Origin: Flaccisagitta enflata
Lineage: Eukaryota
Direction of reading: 5' to 3'
Length of the DNA stretch: 64,000 nucleotides
Assembly (NCBI GenBank): GCA_965153355.1
Contig: OZ231126.1
Span: 18,910,001 to 18,974,000, forward strand
Below are positions 27,013 to 43,196 of this stretch, piece by piece. The notes under the pieces were generated by a model. It saw only the letters and a program-made list of their open reading frames with translations, was not told the origin of the DNA and searched no databases. The translations under genes were made by a program, and so were the position numbers. How positions within the stretch are numbered: position 1 is the first letter of the stretch; each line of letters begins with the position of its first letter.

Positions 27013-27197
27013 AACAAGGCCGGATACACGGCACCCTGGTCGCGGACAGCAAAAAAACGCTCACATTTCAAAAAAGTTACAGACGGACGGACAGACGGAC
27101 GGACGGACAGACGGACGGACGGATGGACGGACGGACGGATGGACGGACGGACGGAACGGCACGATAAATTCTAGAGTTGTGTGCAGGCGACTAAAAA
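27013..27197 (-). mobile_element. HINE family A copy
   Basis: AACAAGGCCGGATACACGGC...(GGAC)n...GCGACTAAAA on the plus strand. Confidence 0.75.
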
Positions 27198-28072
27198 TAC
27201 AGCCTACATGCGTGCAGGTTAAATAGCAGTAGGCAAAACAAAGAAGAAAACAGTGACGCACCAACAGACTGATCTAAAAAGTCCCTTATGGACATAGTCA
27301 CGCCGAATGAGCCTACGAGGGCTCGATAGGGCGCGTTCAAAAATATCAAAGAAATACGAGTACATGAAATATTTGTGTAAAAAACTCAACCTAACGCCGA
27401 AAAAATAAGAGGACGGAAGGGGGCCGCATGTACGGCAATTAATCACATGTGGTTAAAAAGAGAAAAAGAGAAATTCAATCCTTTTTTTTTCTTTTTTTTT
27501 TTTTCCTTTTTCCATGTTGCAACCCTCCCCCGCCCCCTCTCACAAGAGCAAAAAAATTAAAAAAGAAAAACAGCCACTTCTACTGCTAAACAGGACGCTC
27601 AGCAGTCCGCACATTGCACGTTGAGTTTTGAAGTGATTTACCGGTAAATCGCCCTGATGGGCGGACCACTGAACCAGCAAGTCAAAAGGACCTTACCAGC
27701 TTGAGAGTATCCGCTATCTTATCACCTTCATGATGTGATCTACACGCAGAGTCCTGCAGCAGGACCATGGTCAATTGGTCATAAAGATAGTCCATGTAGT
27801 AGCTGCAGTCACCTCGAGTAACCAAAAACGGCTTCAAAGCCCTCACAAATTTTGTGTGCCCTTTGTGCATAGAAAAAAGACAGATAATAAGACTGGAAGT
27901 TTGTGTAGGGCGGTATTATTGAAAAAAAAAAAGTTATGTAAAAAAGAAAAAAGAAAAAAGAAAAGGAAAACGGATTCCGCTGATTGTCTCGGCTTTCCCG
28001 ACTACTTATTCGATATTTTCTTGCAAATTCCCCTTTTTTGTCAGTTTCCGACACTGACAGGTGGACTACCAG

Positions 28073-28203
<131 letters not shown>

Positions 28204-29050
28204 CAAGAAAGAAAGAAAGAAAGATTAGAGACCACCCTCAAAGTTTATAAAACCTTGCTTTATATGCTTTTCAGCTAATCCCAGTAAGTACATTCGCGGG
28301 GTTTTGCCCGACAAAACTGAAAAAAAAGAAATATGAGAAATGAGATAAAAAAACTGAGTAACTTGAAAAAGAAGCAACTTTCTTTGAAACTATTGATGAG
28401 GAAAATCTTTTAACATGACAAACGTTTTACATGCAAAAATGGGAATTAGAAGAATAAAGCTCTTAAAAGATTTTTGATCTTAATATTCATGTATCGCATT
28501 ATAGTTTTTTTCTTAATAATCATTTTGGTAATCGAGTGTAAATCGACTACGATGCACCACAATTTTGGCAATAAGCTGAACGCTCCTGAAACCCCCAGCC
28601 TAACCCGCGAGCCCCGACCTCAAATTTCGCCAAAAGAGAACAGAAATGGATAGATGTTTTTGAAAGGTTTTCTAGTTAATCGTCTATTTTTTCTTAAAAT
28701 ATCACCTTTGAAAAAAATGAGTGAAATTTGATCTTGAATGAGCCCTTTTCCCCGGGTTTGAGGGGTATTTGCGTTTTTAATAGGGTATTTCTCATCTTTT
28801 CGTTTTCGTTTTATGTTTTTTTTTTTCATTTAAAAACTGTGAACATAGCATAGGGGTAACATTTGGGAGAACTTGATCATCACGGACGGACCAACGGACG
28901 GAGGGACGGACGGACGGACTAACTGACGGACGGACGGATAAAGCCTCCTGTAGAATTGCGGGTCCGCAACTAAAAAGATATCTATCGTTCAAATACAACC
29001 TCGATTGGGCAAACTATCACAACAAACAATAACACTGGTACAAAAAGCAA

Positions 29051-29142
<92 letters not shown>

Positions 29143-29772
29143 GCTGTATTGCACATATAATCCAACGAACGATACGAGGTAAGAAACTTGTGAAGCCTAA
29201 TTCAATTTGAAATCGACAAGTCCTAACTTTTTTCCCTCCAAAGCCTGCAAATAATATGCGACCAAGGGTGGAAATGCGCGTGAGAAACAGGACATAACAT
29301 TCACCGTAGCGATGACGAGAGAGAGAGAGAGAGAGACTGACTAAGACACAGACGCAGACGAAAAGTCACAGACACGGACACGGCGCAACCAAGACAGAGA
29401 CAGACAGAGAGTGAGACAAGATGATGGTGAGACAGGATGATGGTGAGACATGATTTTCCAATCAACAGGAAGGTAAACAGACATACAGGACAGACGAGAC
29501 AGACGAGCCGACCGATGAAAATACTGTGAAAAAGACAGATCAAAACAGACAGACAGACAGTCCAAAGTAACGGACAGAAAAAAAAAAGATGTACAGACGA
29601 AATAGAGTAAAAGATAAACAGAACGACTCAAAAGGGACGCGGACAGAAAGGATCTGAGACCAGACCGAAGCTGAGCAAATATCCAGCTCATGACCTGGGG
29701 TCGATAGGAGGTCACGAGAATTCCATGCGACACGGCTTAGCTGTAACGAAATTCCACAACGCATTACTGTTA

Positions 29773-29866
<94 letters not shown>

Positions 29867-29894
29867 GCATTAAATCAAACGAGAGAAAAGCGAA

Positions 29895-29929
<35 letters not shown>

Positions 29930-31027
29930 CTTGGAGTTTGGGCGAAGGAAAGGAAAAGGCTTTGCCACCATATCTTTATTGTAGATCGTCTGTTGATGAA
30001 ATAGCGAGTGGGAATGGGGAAATGAGGGAATGAAGGAATGGGATGTGAAACAGAACAGAGGAAGCAAGATTTTGGGACAGATCTACACAGCTCAGACCGA
30101 GTACGAAGACAAAAGAATTTTAAGGGCATGTATTATCACAATCAGCTGGTGTGTTTACTAAACATAGTTTATCATTTAGAAGTACAGATCACACATAAAG
30201 GAGAAAGATGAAACATATAATTGGCGTGAATGTCTACTAAACACTGAATGAGAGATCGGCCTCATTAAAAGTCATTATGAATTCTTATGTAGATAACGCG
30301 CGTTTTGTTATTTCATATCGATGAAAAGGCATTCACCTCGAAAGAAAAAAAAAAGTTTCACCAAAAAAGAATATTCTTTTAATTCTTATCACAGAACAAA
30401 AGCTCATTTTTTCTTTCTTCTCCTTTTTTTTTCGTTCTTTTTTCTTTGCCAGACGAGACGAATAATTCAAATCGCGCTAATGAGTCTGCAAATGACTTTT
30501 ATCTTTACTACAGCATCGCCTCGGAAAACAGCGCAAAAAGGTGTCCAACAGATGCGACCTCATGAGAAAAGATATACAGTTGAGCTTCACTAGAGCGCAA
30601 TTCATTGGACTGAACAAAACTTTGCCTGTAAGTGAAGCTGCCTTATTGCCAATATAGAATTAAATACAAAATCACTGAAGCTCCACTGAACTTACTTATA
30701 TTCTACAAAAAAAAAACAGCACATTTTACTTTTTGTTGCTCATTGAGTGAAACCATTAAAGTCGCTTCTAGATAAACAAATAAGGCGGGGTTGCAATATC
30801 GTTGTAGATGGGTGGGCAGGGGCGTACGGCCCTTCTCCACACTCACAAACACACGCACAATCCCAATTTCGCGTGTTTTTAACACTTTTCAACTTGTAGG
30901 TTATGAACGGATGGACTGACGGACGGACGGACGGATGGATGGGCGGACGGATGAATGAATGTATCACTTGCCTGATGACGGACCTACGGGCTTGGCACAC
31001 CTTCTTGGGGAGATGCAAAGAAGCATA

Positions 31028-31236
31028 AAACAAGGCCGGATACACGGCTACCCCAGTCGCGTGCTGGTGGGCTGGGGCCATATTTGAGGTTAGAGGAGCA
31101 TATGGGCAGGAGCGGTATAGCCAAAAACCTCATAAACGCCGAAAAAGTAAAGTGTGACGGACCGACGGACCGACGGACGGACAGACCGACGGACGGACAA
31201 AGCGGGGTGTAGAGTCGCGTAGCACGCGACTAAAAA
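31028..31236 (-). mobile_element. HINE family A, complete copy (a related partial copy lies at ~30775-30960)
   Basis: AACAAGGCCGGATACACGGC...AGTCGCGTAGCACGCGACTAAAAA on the plus strand. Confidence 0.8.
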
Positions 31237-31796
31237 GTCAAGTTGTTCGCAAAGAGCCCGATTTCAATGGAGCCGATAAGAATGCAAGATCATTGACATT
31301 TATTTGCTTTTGCATGATTTTGAAAGTGACTCCCTTGTACAGTTATATGCAGTAACTGGAAACGTCGATTCTAAGATTTATTCTTTCAAAAAAAAAATGC
31401 GTATGGGTCGTGATCTAACCACAACTGGGTCATGGACAGGTTATTTCGTCAATTAGTTATCGTAAATCGCCGCCATTTCCAATGCACGGGGTTATTACGA
31501 GTCACGATCAGGTCACGATAGGGGCATGATTAGGTCACATCATGGATCTTATGAATTAGCGATAGATTCGCTGATAAGAGAGCCAAAGCCACAGCGTGAC
31601 TCGACAGAACGCAGTTCACTTTGACTTTCCTCAGCTCAGTAATCATTGAAAAAAAAATAAAGAGCTCATAGGCTTGTACATATAATCAGTCCATGTATAA
31701 GATAGTTTTGTTAGTTATATTTTTCAACTTTTATATCATAACAACAACAACAAGAACTACTACTTGAACAAGAACAAGAGCTACAACAAAATCCTC

Positions 31797-31890
<94 letters not shown>

Positions 31891-31974
31891 CACCCATTTT
31901 GCAGAACAAAACTATTCCGAAACGTTGAAAATCCACGTCCATATTGATCATGAAAAAGCCGACAAAAAACTTTT

Positions 31975-32058
<84 letters not shown>

Positions 32059-32376
32059 TCCTCTCTTTTGCAGATCATTTTCTGTCATTCTTTCTAATTC
32101 TCTATGCTGCTCTGGTTTCTCTTGGCCTCCTTCTTTCCTTTTTCTTAGCAATGGTTTTCGCCTTCATCCTCGTGGAAAAAGTCGTCGTCGTCGCCGTCGT
32201 CGTCTCCATAGGCGCTGGGAACTTTTCTTCGTCATCTTTATCGTCGTCGTCGTCCACGTCGTCATCCACGTCGTCGTCGTCGTCATCCTGCCTTTTACCC
32301 AATGTTTTCTTACCAAGTCCCGACGACGTCGCGATCCCGTTTTACTTTTAGGGTTACTCTCTGGCTCCTCTGCGAG

Positions 32377-32480
<104 letters not shown>

Positions 32481-33410
32481 ACTTTGTCTCCGTTCCGTAT
32501 GTCGTTATCATTGATGTCGTCGTCGTCGCCATCGTCATCGTCGTCGTCGTCATCATCGTCATCGTGGTCGTCGTCATCATCGTCATCGCCTCCATCGACG
32601 GCTCAATTCCATTTCTGTTCTCCTTTTTTTCAACAAGTTGCTTTTTTTTTTTTTTGGAGTTAAGAGTTTCGTTATTTACTCATGGCAGAAAAAAAGAATT
32701 ATCTTTCAAAATTTGTCATTCTCACCGTTACCTCTTTATCATATCTTGTATCATTTTGTTTTTATGAATGGACGTCGTACAAAAAAAACATTTTTGCCTT
32801 CTGATCAAACACATTAACATTGAATAAGTGGAGCGACATTAAAAACCTCTCCCAGCAAAGTGATCGACGCGTATCAATGGATTGATATGTAACCCGATAA
32901 TAACCAGTGAGATAACACATCTAAACAAGGAACTATTCTCATTTCGTAGAATCAACACGGAAAACAGAAATAATTCTCACTCCTTAATTTAGATAACAAT
33001 TTTAGTCTCTACTTCTCACGAGGATTTAAGTGTTTTTGAAAGGGAGTGTCATTTTGTAAGGAGTGGTGATAAACATCACGTGGCAAATCGTGAGCAATTT
33101 CTAAATCTTTAATATGTATATCATTGTTAACATCATTTACGCGTTACGTAATCATCGCCACGAGACCGTTGGCGTTGTGCACGAAAAAGACCGAGTAGAA
33201 ACGGCGGCCCGTCGGTCCGGTACGCGCCTGCGTTGGTCAATCATTCGATTGGTAACCATCTTACTAAAAGGTGCCCTATCCACTCGCTACCGATATCATC
33301 CACCATTTATCCTACTTTTAGTTAAATGTATATGTTCACTTGATTATTTGCCTTTATTTACTACTCAGCTAGCTGAAATGCTAAAATGCTATATCATCTA
33401 TATCAAGAGT

Positions 33411-33628
33411 CAACAAGGCCAACACCTATAAGTCGCGTGCGAGACTCACAGAATAACTTAGCATGACTAGGAATGACTTAAAATGACTTTGTATACTCTA
33501 AAATGACTTAAAAACACTTAAGGGAATAAAATCAATAAAAAAAGTAAAAATGTGACGGACCGACAGACAGACCAACGGAAGGACGGACGGACATAGCGGG
33601 GTGTAGAGTCGCGTGCACGCGACTAAAA
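33411..33628 (-). mobile_element. HINE-like copy
   Basis: AACAAGGCC...AGTCGCGTGCG...(GGAC)n...AGTCGCGTGCACGCGACTAAAAA on the plus strand. Confidence 0.7.
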
Positions 33629-34589
33629 ATATGCTCTCTTCCATTCTGTCGTTTCTCTTTCGCGTCGCTGAAACTCTTTCAGTTTCTTCCTTTTGTTGGC
33701 CGTTTTGTTTTTGCGTACAATTAGCAACAATTATTTGCATTTGTCTATTATTCTTTCTTTCATTATTGGTCTTCCTTTTGTTGTCTTTTTGGCTTCCTCG
33801 CGCGCAAACGAATTCATTGCGATTCTTTAAATCGTTATTTTTGAGGCCGCTTTTCACTTCGTGTTGTATTTATTATTTTATGTTTTCTTGGATCGTTGTG
33901 TGTGGCGGTTGTTGTAACTATTGGTAAAGATTTATTAGCTGTATAAACGTTTTCTCAGTGAGCTGCGTTACTAACGGGATAGAATCGACAGGTCTATGTA
34001 CAACGATGTTCAACAAAGATGTTAAGGCACATTTTTCATTAAAAGGAAATGGTTGATTGGGATTTATTGGACATACTAAACATTTTTAGCGTTATTAAAC
34101 TTATTGTCAAGAGTTAAGTTGAGTCCATCCGTCGGTCACCACGCTGCTTTGTCATTCCCGAAAATCACGTTGACTTAACATGTGATTTTATTCTTTCAAG
34201 TTGCCATTGGGTTTTGCTGATTTTCAAACTTTTTATCGTGAATACAAGTCGCACATGAATGCGTATTCCCATTGCAGGTTTACTGCAGTAACTGCACGTA
34301 TAATCCAGAGTTGATGTTCCAAGGAACCATTAATCTCAGATTAAGGTTTTCCTCAGTTTTCGGTTTTCGTCGCGCTCCAAAAACCAAAAGGGGAGTTTCT
34401 TGGGTCTTTCATCTTACTTCTTTTTCTCTCAATTTCACTCTTTCTTCCTCTCTCTCCCATTCTTTCTCATTCTTATTTCTTCTCCCCATCTTTATTCTTT
34501 CTTTCTTTCATTTTTAGTTTCTCTGTTTGTTCGTTTTCTGTCTTTTTTTTTCTTCTCTTTCTTTCTTTCTCTCTTGTTTTCTTTCTTTC

Positions 34590-34657
<68 letters not shown>

Positions 34658-34760
34658 TTCTTTCTTTTCTTTCTTTTCTTTCTTTCTTTCTTTCTTTCTT
34701 TCTGTCTTTCTTTCCTTCTTGCTTACTTTCTTGCTTGCTCTCCCCTGCCGTGTGTGTGTG

Positions 34761-34934
<174 letters not shown>

Positions 34935-35055
34935 TCTCCCTTTTATTTTCAAAAAAAATTGATCGTATCGTCAAAGGTTTGAGTGTTTCAAAAGGAAGGA
35001 CGGCAATTGAACTCAACCATAAAACTTTTTTTCCCCTTTCTCTGTTTCCATTTCG

Positions 35056-35149
<94 letters not shown>

Positions 35150-35394
35150 CTCTCTTTATCCCTCCTCATCTTTTTCTTTGTTTTGGTCTCATCAGTTTTC
35201 GTTCTTCCTGTATTTGCTCAATTATTGAAATGGCCCTCAGTTTCTTGCTCAGCCTTTTGAAGCGATATTTTATTCAGACTCATTCTTCCTTAGGCTGTGT
35301 CTGTTTATCGCTTAAGTTCCCATATTCCTCCTTCTTCTTATGTCTGTCTGCCTGTCTGTCTGTCTGTCTGTCTGTCTGATTGTCTCTATGCCTC

Positions 35395-35537
<143 letters not shown>

Positions 35538-35593
35538 CTCGCTCTCGCTCTCGCTCTCGCTCTCGCTCTCGCTCTTTCTCTTTCTCTTTCTCT

Positions 35594-35683
<90 letters not shown>

Positions 35684-35744
35684 CTGTTCTCAATATTATG
35701 AAACATATCGTATGTAAACACATTTACGAACAATATCGGTTTCC

Positions 35745-35810
<66 letters not shown>

Positions 35811-36088
35811 ATCTTTCTTTCTTTCTTTCTTACATTTTAATTGGAAGAAGGAGTGACTCGGGGATCATCGCCAAGTGAGAACGACTAAAAAGAGGCTGCC
35901 GACGAAATTTGTTTGTTTACATAAGTCGTCAATTAACATCCGGCAAACGATAATGTGAACGTTTATTTATAAGAAGATTCTATGAAACAACAAAGACACC
36001 GAAATACACGATTTGACAACGAAGATGCGTCCGCCGGACATAAAACTTTAAAAAAACATAAAATTAATATTCTTTTACTTACAGTTAT

Positions 36089-36224
36089 TAGGGATGTGGT
36101 AGCGGTCGATTTTAATGCCGCTTCCACAGCTTCCGCTTCCGCTTCCGCTTCCATTTTGCAGTTCAAATACTAGTAGCTATTCCACCCACCAAATTGGAAG
36201 CGGTCAATCGCTTCCACATCCCTA
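36089..36224. mobile_element. Short hAT-like MITE
   Basis: TIRs TAGGGATGTGG...CCACATCCCTA with internal GCTTCC repeats. Flanks share only AGTTAT, so the TSD is imperfect. Confidence 0.6.
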
Positions 36225-37019
36225 ATTAGTTATACAACGCGACGACATCAGGCAATCACGCTCGTAAAGATTTTTCTCGCTGTTGATTTGTATCTGTTGA
36301 GCCGCTCTGTGGTAAGGTTTGAGGTGGATTTTGATAATTTTAAGTATAGTTGTGAGGGGTCCGGATGAAACACCAGTAAAAGCTCCCAAGGCTCTTGTCC
36401 TTTTTCTGGAATTTTTGTAATAAAGTAAAGTTGTCCAACTCATGCTCATGCACATGCATTCATACTCAATACTATTTTTTTTATCCCCCATGAATTCTAT
36501 CAATTTTAATTCATATGGCTTTGCCAAAGTCTTCTGAGGGCCAACCATGTTTTTGCTCCTATGCTATCCGAATACGCGAGGACCGCAATTTGTAAAAAGG
36601 CCATTGCCGTAATTGTTTCATTATTTAGCCGCTAGAAGTAAAACTTAACCTTGCCCGCGGAAAGCGATTGAAGGCGAAAATGTATCATTCAGATTATTTT
36701 TTTTTCCTACTTTAAAAGCAGTTCTTTGGCGTTCTCATCCTTTAGACGCTTAAGAGATATGGAAAAAAGATCTAATTGAAAGGAACGTGTGTTCCTTGCA
36801 AAACCTAACGACAAGGGAAACTTCAAAGGAAAATTCGAAAAGCCGATTGAAATACGGAGAGAGAGAGAGAGAGAGAGATTGAGAGTTATTGTCATAAGCT
36901 AATGGATGCGGCATCTTCATTTGTCAGCAAGGCGTTTGAGGGCTACATCGCTAAATAAAAGATTAGGTGACGTACATTCATAAGTGACTCAAAGCATTTC
37001 CCCCAAATCCCATCACGTC

Positions 37020-37082
<63 letters not shown>

Positions 37083-37716
37083 AGAATCAAAAAGAGACTT
37101 AAGGAAAAAAAGAAACAGATTAAATCAGACAAGTGGAAAAGGATTAACTACTCATCATCAGCGTTATCATCATCGTCATGGTCGAAGGCAAGGCTGTAGC
37201 CCTTATCCCTTTCCTGATTTGGTCTCGTGCACGTATGAATTCATATCTTCCAACAGGTCGTTCCTTTCAGCTTCCCCTTACGATTACATGCCTTTGTTTT
37301 GACTTCCGGGAAGTGGTTCTGTTAACTAGGGTGGCCCCCGAAAAGTCGATTATCAGTCGCCTTTGTCATCGACCTTGAAAGCTTTATCATTCAGCCTTTG
37401 TCAGTCACCACGGGAATCATCATCAACATTGACTTCCTTCTCCGGAACATCATCAACATCGATAGACCAACGTCAATAAAATAGTCCCTGACGTCGTAGT
37501 CATCATCGATATCATCATCGCTTGTAAGTGTATCGTTTTCAGCAAATACAATTGGTGGTAATTAGGTGGACATTATCGTTACCATTGCCAGTGATAAATC
37601 TTATCATTGTCATGTTGATAATCATCTATGCCGTCATCGTTCTCTTCTTTAATGATCGTCATCGATATCATCATCGCTAAACGCAAATTATCTTAGCTAT
37701 TTGCCATTCTGCCATC

Positions 37717-37928
37717 GTTTTTAGTCGCGTGCACGCGACACTACAACCCGCTCTGTCCGTCTGTCGGTCCATGGGTCGGTCGGTCCGTCTGTCCATAACA
37801 CTTTGCTTTTTCGGCGTTTACTGGTGGTTTCGGGGTTACTGCTCCTGCCCTACTGCTTGGTTGATTTATTTCATCACTGCCCCTGCCCACCCGCACGCGA
37901 CCAGGGTAGCCGTGTATCCGGCCTTGTT
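37717..37928 (+). mobile_element. HINE family A, complete copy
   Basis: TTTTTAGTCGCGTGCACGCGAC...GCACGCGAC...GCCGTGTATCCGGCCTTGTT. Confidence 0.8.
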
Positions 37929-38662
37929 CCTCAGTAAAAGCAATCAATGAAATTTTCATCTACATTATTGTGAATGATGGACCAAAAATGAGCCGCCTAT
38001 AACAAATACAGATATACAGATAATAATACAAATAATACAAGTAATACAAATAAAATACAGATAACAAATACATTGCACGTGACACTGGTATTTTACAGCG
38101 ATAACATATCATGTAGTCTTTTTTACATGCCATCGGCGAATTTTTGACCCGGGTATTCTTTTTTTTTTTATCATTTTTTTCTTGTTATTTTGTTCTCCCC
38201 TAAAAAATCAGTAATAGGCGCAGATGTCGTTAATTTATTAATTAGATCCGTCCTAAGATTTATGACTAAAAATTCACTAAGTACTTATTAAGGGGGACGA
38301 ATGTATCTGTCTTTCCTGGGCTTTTTAGGGGTCCGTGGTTGAGCTCGAATCGAGAGAGACAGAGAAAAGTATATATTGAAAAAAAACTTTTTCTCTCAAG
38401 TCGTGTTCGTATATATATTCAGGCATGTTGACTTTAGGACAAAAGTGTGATATGTCAACCCTGCGCAGGCTTTGGACGGAACGCAGGAATGCCCAGGAAG
38501 AAAAAAGAAGAAGAAGAAGAAGAAGAAGAAGAAGAAGAAGAAGAAGAAGAAGAAAGAAGAAGAAAAAGAAAAAGAAAAAGAAGAAGAAGAAGAAGAAGAA
38601 GAAGAAGAAGAAGAAGAAGAAGAAGAAGAAGAAGAAGAAAAGAAAAAGAAATAGAAAAAAAA

Positions 38663-39010
38663 AACAAGGCCAAGTAGGCCAATAAGGTGCGACGTGTGGA
38701 TTGTCGCACGAATGCGTTACCCCACAGACCGACCGACCGGCCGACGGACACAGCCAGTTATAGAGGTGCTTTGTCGCACCTAAAAAGAACAAATGACGCA
38801 GGGTCACAATATCGTTGCGGACGGGTGGGCAGGGGCATCCAACCCTAATTCATACCCAAAGTCCCCCACTCACATGCACAAAATGCATCTTAAACACTTG
38901 TTTCCTCACTTTTTGACTCATATCCACGGATGGACCGACGGACCGACGGACCGACGGACCGACCGACGGACGGACAAAGCCTCTTACAGAGTTGCGTGTC
39001 CACAACTAAA
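38663..39010 (-). mobile_element. Two adjacent HINE-like copies of different subfamilies
   Basis: 38663-38785 resembles 49361-49476, and 38787-39010 resembles the copies at ~4096-4236 and 2826-2984. Confidence 0.65.
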
Positions 39011-39264
39011 AAGAAAAAGAAAGAGAAAGAGAAAAAGAAAAGGAAGAAGAAGAAGAAGAAGAAGAAGAAGAAGAAGAAGAAGAAGAAGAAGAAGAAGAAG
39101 AAGAAGAAGAAGAAGCAGAAAACGAATATTTGAGAAGTTCATCTCGTGTCATCAATATTATTATCATTATCGCACAGAGGAAAGAAACAACAAATAATCT
39201 AAGTTAAAACTTTTTAAAAACATTTAATTAGTTGGGTCGATAATAATGTCGTTGATTCTCTTTT

Positions 39265-39346
<82 letters not shown>

Positions 39347-40627
39347 TCTCTCTCTCTCTCTCTCTTTCTCTTTCCTTCTTTCCTTCGTTCCTTCTTTCCC
39401 AATTTCCTGACACAAAGAATGAGACAAACGAGAAAATGAGAAGCAGTCTTATTACTTTTTTTAAGTCTACCACCATTTGTCGTTCTTGTCTATCTGGTTT
39501 GTCTAAGAGGAAGAAAAAATTGGTTGCATTTTTCTGAAAAGCTATTTTTTGGGTTCATTTCCGTTTGTTTTTCTTCAATCATTCTCTGCCTTCTCATATT
39601 TCCCTTTAATTCAATTATCACAAAACACTATTTAAAAAGAAAAAAAATGCTGAAGAGTTTTTAACACATACACCCCCCCCCCTCAAAAAAAAGGAGAATT
39701 TACTTTGAATATTTTTTGTCTCTCTTTGAAGATAATGACCTACTATTTCTCTCTATCAGTAAAACTGTCCCATGTGACAACTTTTATTCGCAACTCGAGG
39801 TACAGTAAAGTCCCACAATGAAACATAGATATCATGTTTATTACTATTTCCGGATGTAAACTTATGCCCTTTGCACATTTATCGAATTTTCAACTTGTAG
39901 TTATCTGGTCCTGCCTTATCTTCCTATGCTTTACATTTCTACTAGATATTTCTGCCCTGTTTTCTTCTCTTTATCTCTCTTTCTTTTTCTACTCGACCAT
40001 TCCTTCGCTGATCCCACTTTATCCTTTCGTCCATTCACGATGCACAGAATCATTTGGTAATCTTTTTCCCTCAAACCCTGTCGGTGTAAACCCACCGGAG
40101 AAGAGGGCCTTTTTCCACCTCCTCCCCCTCCTCTTCCTCCCTCTTCCCCCTCCTCTTCCTCCTCTTAAATGGATTAGTGGCTGCGGGGAAGGAATGCGAC
40201 CAAGTTCTTCTACCACTCCTTCCATTTTTATCCTGGAGCGACAAAAATGTTTGTTGATAAGATCTCCTCTTTATTTCTTTATCCCTCTCCTTAGCTACAT
40301 TGTTGAAAAATAAGGAACGAAAATGATTCACCGTCAATGAAGTTACATATCGATGCGTTGACTAGGCCGTAAGCAACCTTTGGATAAGTAATGTACGATT
40401 AAATTTGACGGTGACAATTTGTTTTGTCAACTGCTTTGACCTGCGTCCAACCTCTTATTTTTTTTAATTGAAAGGATTCTCCATCTCCGAAATACCCTTC
40501 ACACATTTTAAATTTCGCTTTCATGTTCCTTCTGATGCCAAACGAAAAAAATGACGAAAATATTCAAATTAGTTTGGGGACCGCATAGCTTGCATCCCTT
40601 TGATAAGGAATGTCATCTCATTTTGAG

Positions 40628-40663
<36 letters not shown>

Positions 40664-41709
40664 CCGGGGGCAAGGATGTCTCCGGTCTTGACATCCCGCT
40701 GATGATTGTATGTCGCGATTCAAAGTTATCATCAGGAAGTCTGTTTTTAAACCCGGGTGCACTTGTCATCTTCATCCTCAAAGGTTCGCCATCTCTCGAA
40801 AAATTTCAATGACTTTTGAATTATTTCGTTTTTCTTCTGTCTATCTGTCGGTCTGCTCGTCATTGCGTTGCATGTAAAATCATTCTTTTTGGTAAGATAG
40901 ACTAAAATAAAGTCTAATGTGACCGTTGTACGAACATATGTGTCACTTCAACAACGTGCGTGCACGCGTGATTGCGCGTGTTTGCGCACCTAAATCAACC
41001 ACTTTGTGTTCTCGGGGCGCATCAAACCGTAACGGTCCTTAAGAAGCGTTTCAATTATTCTTTTGTACAATCACTGCGCCAAAGAACAAGATTGTAATGG
41101 TATAGTAAGCAGCGTTTTTCTGGGGTCGGCCGAGGTATCAAACATATGTTCTCCACATGAAGAAAGGAGATCAAGCAGATTTAACAAGTCATGACGTGGT
41201 GTGTAAAAATTTGTCTTTGTGTCTTTTTTCATGAGGTTATGGAGGTAGACAAAAACATCGTCTTCTTAAATGATATCAACCCTAAATTATTTAACATATA
41301 AAAAAAATCAATGAAAAAAATAGTTTCTGTCTTTTCGACACAGAAGGAAACACTTTTTCCGCAAACCTTGAAAGTCAATGGGAATCGGTCCACTTCAAAT
41401 TCCCAAATTTTGACGGGAAAATCTAGTTAAAGGGGTTATAATTCATCATATTATATCCAATATAGCCTGAGAGGCGGATACCTCTTGCTGAGACATAGTT
41501 TTTCGTTCCCTATCGATATCGTTTCTCCTAGTCTCTCCGTCTCTTTTTCTTTCTGTCTCTTTCTCATTCTGACTTTTTCCTTTATCTGGTTGATTGATTG
41601 TCTGACGGACTGATTACCTTTCTGTTTGCCTGTCTCTCTCTATTTATCTATGTCTGTCTGTATGCCTCTGTCTTTCTCTGTCTGCCTGTCTTTCTCTGTC
41701 TGTCTGTCG

Positions 41710-41777
<68 letters not shown>

Positions 41778-41803
41778 GTCTGTCGGGTTTCTCTCTGTGT
41801 CTG

Positions 41804-41870
<67 letters not shown>

Positions 41871-42245
41871 TTATTTTCCTTTTCCATTCATGCAGATCAC
41901 GCTTGGGTCCAAACTTATCTCATTCGGGTTCACATTCAAATTGAATTTTTATCAAATTCAATTTGAATAGGATTTTTTTTCTTTTTTCAATATTTATCCT
42001 TTCCTTTTTTTCTCGTGATCAAAAATCGTTAATTCTTTTGAGAGACACGACGGAGGAAGAAAAAGTTTCAGGTTATCGGAGATTGTACAGTGCCCTTGCC
42101 CGGCTGCACACCAATGTCCATTGAAACGAAAATCATATATGATCATATTTATACCTTTTCCATGACATATACCAGTCAGCGTGGCGAAACTGGGAAGAGG
42201 AGCAAAAAACAAAGAAAAGAAAGAAAGAAATAAAGAAAGAAAGAC

Positions 42246-42308
<63 letters not shown>

Positions 42309-42317
42309 AAAAAGAAA

Positions 42318-42369
<52 letters not shown>

Positions 42370-42460
42370 AGAAAGAACGAAAGAAAAAGAAAGAAAGAAA
42401 GAAAGAAGGAAAGAAAGAAAGAAAGAAAGAAAGAGAAAGAAAGAAGGAAAAAAAGAAAGA

Positions 42461-42552
<92 letters not shown>

Positions 42553-42681
42553 ACGAAAGAACGAAAGAATATAAGCACGCGAGAAAGAAAGAAACAAAGG
42601 AAGAAAGATGCACCTTTCTACTCGGTGTAATGACCAAGTTGAAACTGAAAGAGGTCCGTTGAACTGTGAATGTTGAAGCAG

Positions 42682-43196
42682 TTACGTGCTTCGCATAGCA
42701 AAAAATTTGATTTTCTTCTCGTCCCGCTAACCCAATATGGAGTGAAAAAAATCATGAAGATGACCGTTTTCCTTTTCTCAAAATTCCTTTATCTTCCGTT
42801 TTTGTTTTGGCCTTAAAGTTTACTCAGATTTCCCAGAATTCAGCAAAATCCTGTGTAGTCTTGTTACAAAAGGAACAATTGTTAGTTATAGAAAACCGTG
42901 ATTTTTGTAAAAATAAATCAAAATATCACAGCATAAGTTACGTAAGAGCTTGTGAAAAAGCAGGTTAACAATTCTCTAAAGAGCAGAAGTTTTTAAAAGC
43001 TAATTCAGAAAACATCTGCACATTTTTTTCTCCCACTGCAATATACAAATTAGGCTCTCAAAAACAATTTTCTAAAAAACGGAAGATGAACAATTTTTGA
43101 AAAAAGAAAAATGGCAAGGGTCCTAAAATTGCCCACTCCACGTTAGGTACAGAGGATGAAAAGAAATAAGCAACTTTTGCTATGTGAAGCACCCAA
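42682..43196. mobile_element. MULE/Mutator-type MITE
   Basis: Imperfect TIRs (GTGCTTCGCATAGCAAAA / TTTTGCTATGTGAAGCAC) and a perfect 9-bp TSD TTGAAGCAG (42673-42681, 43197-43205). Confidence 0.85.
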